64,000 bases of DNA from Eledone cirrhosa. Its lineage: Eukaryota. This document shows, in pieces, positions 56,682-64,000 of this stretch. The stretch spans positions 279,992,001 through 280,056,000 of the forward strand of contig OZ024743.1 of the NCBI GenBank assembly GCA_964016885.1, written 5' to 3'. How positions within the stretch are numbered: the stretch's first letter is position 1; each line of letters opens with the position of its first letter. Position numbers and translations under genes: made by a program. The notes under the pieces were generated by a model. It saw only the letters and a list, made by a program, of their open reading frames with translations. It was not told where the DNA came from and searched no databases.

Positions 56682-57155
56682 GATGGCTGCAATCTCTGCT
56701 AAGAGTACTGCAATCGCTTGTCCGATTATAGAATTTGGTGGACTATTAGGCAACGGCCAGCCACACGCACCTGTAACATATCCTAAACAAACAATGTCTG
56801 TGATTTGAAGGTTGTTTTAAGTGGGGGCCTTGCACTAGACCAATCGCACTCTCTGAGCATCGAAAACACTACCCAAAAAGGAGAACTAGTCAACATCATC
56901 GGATATTTCCGAAGCCGCATGTCTTTTTTTCAGAGGTTTCCCCTCCTAGAAAGGTGTTGTGACAACAATTGGGGGCCCTTCACTCCCAGGTGAAAAAAAA
57001 AAACTACTATTTGGATGGCCGTTGACTCTGCTGAGTCCCTCCGCCCTTTGCCGAGTCTTGTATTGGCGGCGTTTCCGGTTTAGTTGCCGACGACCCAACC
57101 ATGAGTCAGGTTGTACTGGGTTTATATATTACCAGCAGCACTCGAGAGTGACTTG
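56682..57155 (-). mobile_element. Diverged non-autonomous RTE-derived element
   Basis: Shares CCCAGTACAACCTG.CTCATGGT.GGGTCGT.GGC.ACTAAAC.GG and further blocks with 61350-61957; (CATA)n adjacent. Confidence 0.65.
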
Positions 57156-58171
57156 ACATACATACATACATACATACATACATACATACATACATACATA
57201 CATACATACATACATACATACATACATACATACATCTATTTATGTGTATATAACATTTTTACTAGAAATACCATATATTCGGTGTGTAATTATTTTCTAT
57301 TACCACCATTGTTTGGATTTTTCCTCTCGATGTTGCTGTGTAGGTTTCATGTCTATCACGGCCGCTGTCTGCATGCTGGATTTCACAGTATGTATAGTAC
57401 AGTACATTGCCCCTTAATTCAAGATTACTAGAAAGATGCCATCATGTGGAAGTGAAAGCATTAGTGCGAAAAACGAGTTGTAAATGGATTACGTTGAATG
57501 TTAAAATTGATGATTTACAAAAGTTTGATGTGGAGGAAAAATTTAGTCATATTCCATAAATAATAAAACTTGCATTGTCTACAATGCGAATAGTAGGACA
57601 ACAAAGATAAAAGTAGGACATGTGCTCAATCGGTTATTTCAATAATTTCCTGAACAATGATTTTTCATACATCCAATGTATTGCTTCATATGGATTGGTT
57701 CTTGATTTTGTAAGTCAACCATTTTAGACTACGAAATGTACAGATAATTACGATGACTATTTAAGTGAAAGCGAAAAACTAATCCTTTTTTCCTTAAGTA
57801 TTTGTTTTCGAATCTTTTATGTAGGACATCCTGCATTTAATTTTTAAATGGTAATATTTTTGCATAAAAGGGGTGGTGTTGCTCTGTTTTACGAAATGGT
57901 TCCGTAAGACTGCAGTTGAATATGTAACATGGAAGGCAATGCGAATATGTTTCTCGTTATGGAATGAACAAAAAGGAAATATAGCAGACCCTTCTTCTTC
58001 TTGGTGATTTCTCCCGAATGAAACAGTTCCAGTCCTGTAGAAGCCATTTCTATATTAAATAAATATATATCTTCTTGGTTGTCCATCGTAAACGATGATG
58101 ACATCTTTATTGTTGTTCCCGTCTATATATATATATATATATATATACATGTACACACATATACACATACA

Positions 58172-58231
<60 letters not shown>

Positions 58232-58392
58232 CATATTATTTGTTTCTTAAAATCATTAAATTAAATTAATTCAACAGTTAAACGCTCATAGGAATAATAA
58301 GGTGGTTACCAAAGAGCCAGAAGTTTGACAAGTCGATCCCAAATATGATCAACACCGCTAGGAAAGCCATGACCGACATCCTTTTTACTCTG

Positions 58393-58708
58393 ATTTTGAA
58401 AGTAGGTTTATAATTACTAATTTTCATTATACTCTTGCAGCTGTCTCGGCGGACCCGTTAGAGGAGTGATAGACGATGGTGATTCCGGTCCGATGTTCGG
58501 CCCTGATCGAGGGTAGGATCCCGGTAAACATTTTCAATTTTTTTTCTATGGGAAGTAAAATAAAACTGAAAAAAAATTTACATTTACCTCTCGGCCAGGA
58601 TTGGACCCAAGACTCGGAACTCCACCGTCTCTAGTACCTACCGCTAGGCCACCGAGACAACTAAGAAAGCCATATGAAACGAATACTTATAAACCTACCT
58701 TCAAAATT
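58393..58708. mobile_element. Imperfect inverted repeat containing two convergent tRNA-like units
   Basis: Outer arms ATTTTGAAAGTAGGTTTATAA / TTATAAACCTACCTTCAAAAT. The minus unit (58587-58658) has A-box TGGCCTAGCGG, B-box GGTCCAATCC and TCTCGG/CCGAGA ends; the plus unit (58443-58513) is more decayed. Confidence 0.65.
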
Positions 58709-58852
58709 TTCAATACCAAAAGATTGTGATGCCAATCATTGTAAGTTTGAATCTAACCGAAATTATGCAGTATGGATGCAGTCAAAACTAGTTAATCCAT
58801 TACTCAGCATAGTACTCGAGTCTTGGCGTAGTAGAGTGAGTACCAAATATCC

Positions 58853-58920
<68 letters not shown>

Positions 58921-59123
58921 GAGAAAAGGTGAAGTTGGAAATATATATATATATAAATACATGCACATATATATAACTTTTTTTTAAAAGAATTGTCCCT
59001 CCCATTTTTCCATCATGTCATTTTGACGAATCAAAGAAAGGAAAAAGAAAAGAAAAACAGACCCTAAAATATATTATATATATATATATAGAGAGAGAGA
59101 TATTATGTATATATATAAATATA

Positions 59124-59328
59124 TATATCAACTAGAAATTGATTGACGTATATATATATATATTTAAAATAAACACATGAAACAATCACAGGGGATAATT
59201 TGTAAAGTGTGTAATCACACACACCTAGTTAGGTAAATAATTAAAGTTTAACTAGATCTTCAAATATTACCTTTATTATATTTATTTTAAATATATCTAT
59301 ATACGTCAATCAATTTCTAGCTGATATA
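59124..59328. repeat. Inverted repeat with ~50-bp arms
   Basis: TATATCAACTAGAAATTGATTGACGTATA...TTTAAAATAAA / TTTATTTTAAA...TATACGTCAATCAATTTCTAGCTGATATA. Confidence 0.8.
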
Positions 59329-59653
59329 AAATGCTCGGATCTATTCAGTGGAATCTTTGAGCTTATTCTACAGTGGATATGGCGCATGTCTCGGACATGA
59401 CTCCTTTAATTTAATTTAACTAAATTTATTTCGGATATATACATATATATATATATAGTTATTTAGGTTTGTTTGGTCACCACTGGATAGAACTGGTCAT
59501 TCCGTATGGTCAACCTCGATGTAATATTATGGAGAGCACTCAACGTAATGCAACTCCCCCGTCTTCGTTTGTGTAGTTGGTGGTGCGAGTACGGAGTTAA
59601 TTATTATAAAATAACAGGCGGCTGGACTGGTGTAAATCCTTAAAAGGTTTATT

Positions 59654-59711
59654 ATACTATGCTCATTTCAATGACTGGGTTCAGTATGAATCAGGTGACA
59701 TCATCAAGTAT
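59654..59711 (-). ncRNA. Hammerhead motif of the 19928 family, degenerate (C3 changed to U without the G8 change)
   Basis: Reverse complement reads ATAC-TTGATGA-TGTCACCTG...CCAGTCATT-GAAA-TGAGCATA-GTAT. Confidence 0.65.
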
Positions 59712-59864
59712 TCGAAATTTAACAAAGGAATATAATAGACACAGTCCATGAGGCTGAAAAACAGAGAAATGAGGGTGACCAAACATTTAGCAGTATACTA
59801 CCACTCAAGTGGTAGTATAATAAACCTTTTAAGGAATTACACCAGTCCAGCCTCCTGTTATTTC

Positions 59865-59974
<110 letters not shown>

Positions 59975-60494
59975 AAGAGAGAGAGAGGGGGGGTGAATAC
60001 TGTGTGCGTGTGTTTGTCTGTGTATCTCTGATTACGTGTCTGTGTTTATGCTCTATAATTCAGCGGTTTTACAGAGAAGTTAAAATAGATACCAGTTTTG
60101 TTTAAATAAATGCTTTTGTGGATTGCAGCGACCAAATCAAGTCGAAACCCAACGTGGCTGCTGTCTAATGACTGAAACCAGTAAAAGAATATATAATAAT
60201 TATATTTATAAAGGGAAATAAATTTGTGTTTTAAGACTCGCAACAATAAAATATTAAATAGTGTGACACCTTCATAGCAAGGGAGGGCTTAGCACAAAAG
60301 TATTGTACCAAATCAAATAAAGTTAACGATCACTAGAGGAAAGCAAAACAAAGGGACGAACGTATCGAAAATCTGTTGCAGCCTTTTTTCCTGTAAATTA
60401 ATTCAAAAGCAATAATTTCCAGTTCATATCCTCTGATTTAAACATCACAGCAGGTATCATTTTAATACTAAAGTGCAATGGATTTGCAATATCG

Positions 60495-60692
60495 GTCGAG
60501 CGTCGGACAAAATAATTTTCGGTATTTACTTAAGATGTTCTACGTTCTAGGTTCAAATACTAGGTTCAAATCAACTTGGACTTTCGTGCTTCCGGGGTCG
60601 ATAAAATAAAGCATCAGGTAAGTACTGGGTTTACAAAGTCAACTTTTTCTTCCCCCAAATTCCTGACCTAGTATCAAAGTTGAAAAGAATTA
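60495..60692 (+). mobile_element. SINE copy
   Basis: TAGGTTCAAAT (duplicated)...CAACTTGGACTTTCGTGCTTCCGGGGTCGATAAAATAAAG. Confidence 0.7.
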
Positions 60693-60900
60693 TTTGTATA
60701 CTATGAGCAATAGAAAACAAGCATTCTCTCGAAAACGATATACATAATACATGCATATATGTTCTTTAATATATGGGACATGGTTTTATGTATAAATTTA
60801 GGCTCTAAACAGGAATTCATTTCACGTTTTCATGCCCTCTGCTGAATTACTTTAGAAGAAAGAGATATATTCGATATATTTGCAAGAGATTTACTTCTAT

Positions 60901-60954
<54 letters not shown>

Positions 60955-60968
60955 AGTGGGTGTGTGTG

Positions 60969-61011
<43 letters not shown>

Positions 61012-61308
61012 TGCCTGGAGGTTCAGATGTTCAATTCTCGGCAGGCGCGGCTGTGACCTTTCTTTTAACAATCATAATAAAATATCGGAGTATCGGTACA
61101 ACCGACTTCAACAATTATCTTTAGAAATATATTCTTGAACATAGCCAAAGGAAATCATAAACAGATGTATCCAGATGCGCCTGTACACAGCTACACACTG
61201 ACGAACGCTTGCATACACACACATATATATAGATATATGCATATATTTGTATATGCGTATATATGTATGTATTTACGTATGTATGTACGTATGTATATAT
61301 GATGTATA

Positions 61309-61349
<41 letters not shown>

Positions 61350-61353
<4 letters not shown>

Positions 61354-61957
61354 TGGCTGCCAACTCGTTTTCGAGTACGGCCACTACTTTATATCCATGT
61401 AGGAGAACCCCTACCGATGCGCTGAACGAGTGTGACTTTTTAGTCCAGCCAGCGACTTGAAAACTCTGTTACAAACACTACACATGTGACAATTATTGAC
61501 ACATAGTGCTAGGCCCATGGTACCATGTGATGACAAGTGCAGAGAGATCTCCAGATATAAAGCAATGCCTGTGCCGTGAAGCTTTTATAGTGAGCAAAGG
61601 CATGCACAAAGCCAGTCCCACTCTCTTAACCAAGATGATATTTACCAAAAAGAAGAACAAGTGAACATCATTGGATACCATCAGGGTTGCAGGTGTTATA
61701 TCAGAGTTTTCCTTCTTCTAGAAGTCTGCCTTGACAAAGGCTAAGGGGTCATCTCTCCCGGTGATTTTAGATGGCCATTGACTCTTAAGAGCTCCTTTGC
61801 CCTTTGACAGGTTTTGTTTTTAGTCCTGCAGGATGTCCAAAGTCACCCTCCTCACCAAGAAACGTTGGTGGGGTTGCCAGTTTAGTCGCCAACGACCCGA
61901 CCATGAGACAGGTTGTACTGGGATACATGTTACCAGTAGCACCAACTGGTGACCTGA
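61350..61957 (-). mobile_element. Apparently full-length (~610 bp) non-autonomous RTE-derived element
   Basis: RTE-like 5' region (GGGTCGTTGGCGACTAAACTGGCAACCCC; GAAGAAGGAAAACTCTGA) joined to a C2H2-coding 3' end and a CTCGAAAACGAG hairpin; TA repeats on both sides. Confidence 0.72.
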
Positions 61958-62144
61958 TATATATATATATATATACATACCTATATACATACATAGTTGT
62001 TTTCTTGCATTCAAGATTTTCCACATTTTCTAAGCATATATATATATTTTTTTGTATATATATGCCTATATATATATATGTGTGTGTGTGTGTGTCTGTG
62101 TGTCTCTCTCTTTCTCTCTCTCTCTCACACTCTCTCTCTCTCAC

Positions 62145-62212
<68 letters not shown>

Positions 62213-63789
62213 AGATCTGTACATGTTTAAAGAATATATATTCTGAGAGAGAGACGCCATATACATATTTAGGCATATATATGTATGCCTGTGTGTGTGA
62301 GAGAGAGAGAGCGTATTATTCGAATTAACCTAGAATTTTCAATTTTATTTTTATTATCCATCCCATTCCGTGTACGACAGGACATTGACATCCTGGAACC
62401 ACAGATGGGTTGATATTTCATAGCAGTTATCCGTGTGTCTGTGACAATAAATTACCGCTTCTTCAGTAGTTTCATCACACAAAAAGTGTAACATAGGAAT
62501 AGATCAGTCGTAATTTTTCAAGCACTGATGTTTGTGTCCTATATTGATTTAATACCTGTGCCTAGGAGGTGGAATCTTTATCTTGCCATGTTGTTACACG
62601 TCTTCGTAGTCATGAAAGTTCATGATGTGGAGACAATGCATCTTTAAAGACAATGCTGAAATGTGACAAATGTTGGTCATACTCGGGCGCTAGTCGACAG
62701 CCATCGCGTATGCGTGCATGTATGTATATGCATATGAATGTATGTATGTATGTATGTATGTATGCATGTAGACACGTCTTGATGTATGTATGTATATGCA
62801 TATGTATGTATATGCATATGTATATTAATACGTATGTATATTAATATGTATATGCGTGTTTATTTATCTATTTGTTTATGTATGTCCAAATTATGTTATG
62901 TCGAAGACATCTCAGGATAAACTACTTCCACATCGAGGAAAATTCGATATGAATAAATAAATATTATAATATCATGTCTAACAAGATAAACACCATATAT
63001 ACAAAATATAGCACAAATAATAAAACATAAACATAATATAATAAACACACAAAAAACATAATAAACATTTTAAAATTCCAGGTTGCTAAAACGAAGAAAA
63101 AAAAGAGAGTAAACAAACTTGTAAACAAGCCAAAACATACAATTTTAAAGAAACGCTAAAGATATTTCACACTGAACTAGGTTACTTTGTGTAATAGCTT
63201 TAAGCACTTTTTTTTCTAGGTTCTGCTGCTGCTACTGCTACTACTACTATTCTTGTTGTTATTGTTGTTATTGTTGTTATTGTTGTTATTGTTGTTGATT
63301 GTTGTCGTCGTCGTCGTTGTTGTTGATTTTGTTGTATTTGTATGATGATATTTTGGTTCAATCAGATGGTCCGTGATTTAGTGTCGGCAGATCTAGGTCA
63401 TCCATACAACAAAAATGCAGCGGATTAATGTCTCGTTCGTTATACACTGATGTTCACTTGGTTAGATGTTCTACCGCCAACAACACTACAACACTATCCC
63501 CATAACCACCACCAACAACTCAACCAACACAATCAACACTACGAACAACAACACTAACAACAACACCACAACTTCCACCCACAGCAACACCAGGAACAAC
63601 AACACAAACCACACCAACAACAAACCAACACAATTCTCACCAACACTAATAACAGCAGCACAAATAACACCACCAACAAGACGAACAACAGTATGATCAT
63701 CATTCACCCCACCCCCCCAACCCGCCCCAGATGCCAACACTAACAACAGAATCAATAACAACAACAAAACCTACATCAAAAACAGGACC

Positions 63790-63872
63790 AACAGCAAAAG
63801 TACCAATACCAGCACCACTACCAACAACCAAAGTACCAATACCAGCACCACTACCAACAACAAAAGCACCAG
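63790..63872. repeat. 30-bp minisatellite in a CAA/CCA-rich tract
   Basis: AAAGTACCAATACCAGCACCACTACCAACA repeated. Confidence 0.8.
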
Positions 63873-64000
63873 CACGAACACCAACTACAGCACCAATACC
63901 AACAGCGCCAATACCGAAATCCAGCACCCACACCACCATCACCAACATGAGCAACAATAGCACCAAATTCAACTACAGCATGGACACCAGCCCCAACAAC

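Noticed and set aside
57889-58104. 71-aa ORF as host exon or transposase piece
   Set aside because: No recognisable motif or clear splice context.
58587-58658. Functional tRNA gene
   Set aside because: Anticodon and T stems pair poorly and the B-box is altered; treated as a tRNA-derived repeat.

Overview
AT-rich, microsatellite-saturated, apparently intronic or intergenic animal DNA. The SINE family and repeat landscape suggest a coleoid cephalopod such as Octopus (inference). No intact host gene is supported, and almost all ORFs in the track are simple-repeat artefacts. Recognisable retroelements: a 5'-truncated Tx1/L1-type LINE with a 22-bp target-site duplication (3937-6004, minus); a near full-length but disrupted R4/Dong-type RT+RLE LINE (~6620-10268); RTE-derived pieces; many tRNA-derived SINE copies; and three Penelope-like element (PLE) GIY-YIG remnants (29.8-30.55k, 52.8-53.2k, 55.9-56.5k). 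The main hidden signal is about 19 minimal type I hammerhead-ribozyme (HHR) motifs from roughly ten unrelated sequence families, read by eye. Many have palindromic stem III, several have a U3:A8 covariant core, one family has a fixed GCAA in place of GAAA, and one has a ~115-nt stem II. They sit in short non-coding elements embedded in (TA)n, arranged as direct-terminal-repeat units (44127-44781, 23691-24307), as head-to-head foldbacks, or as a ~2.9-kb unit whose tail-to-head junction recurs at 59.6k. Together these look like a diverse community of retrozyme-like, PLE-mobilised, self-cleaving non-autonomous elements. Activity and novelty are untested.
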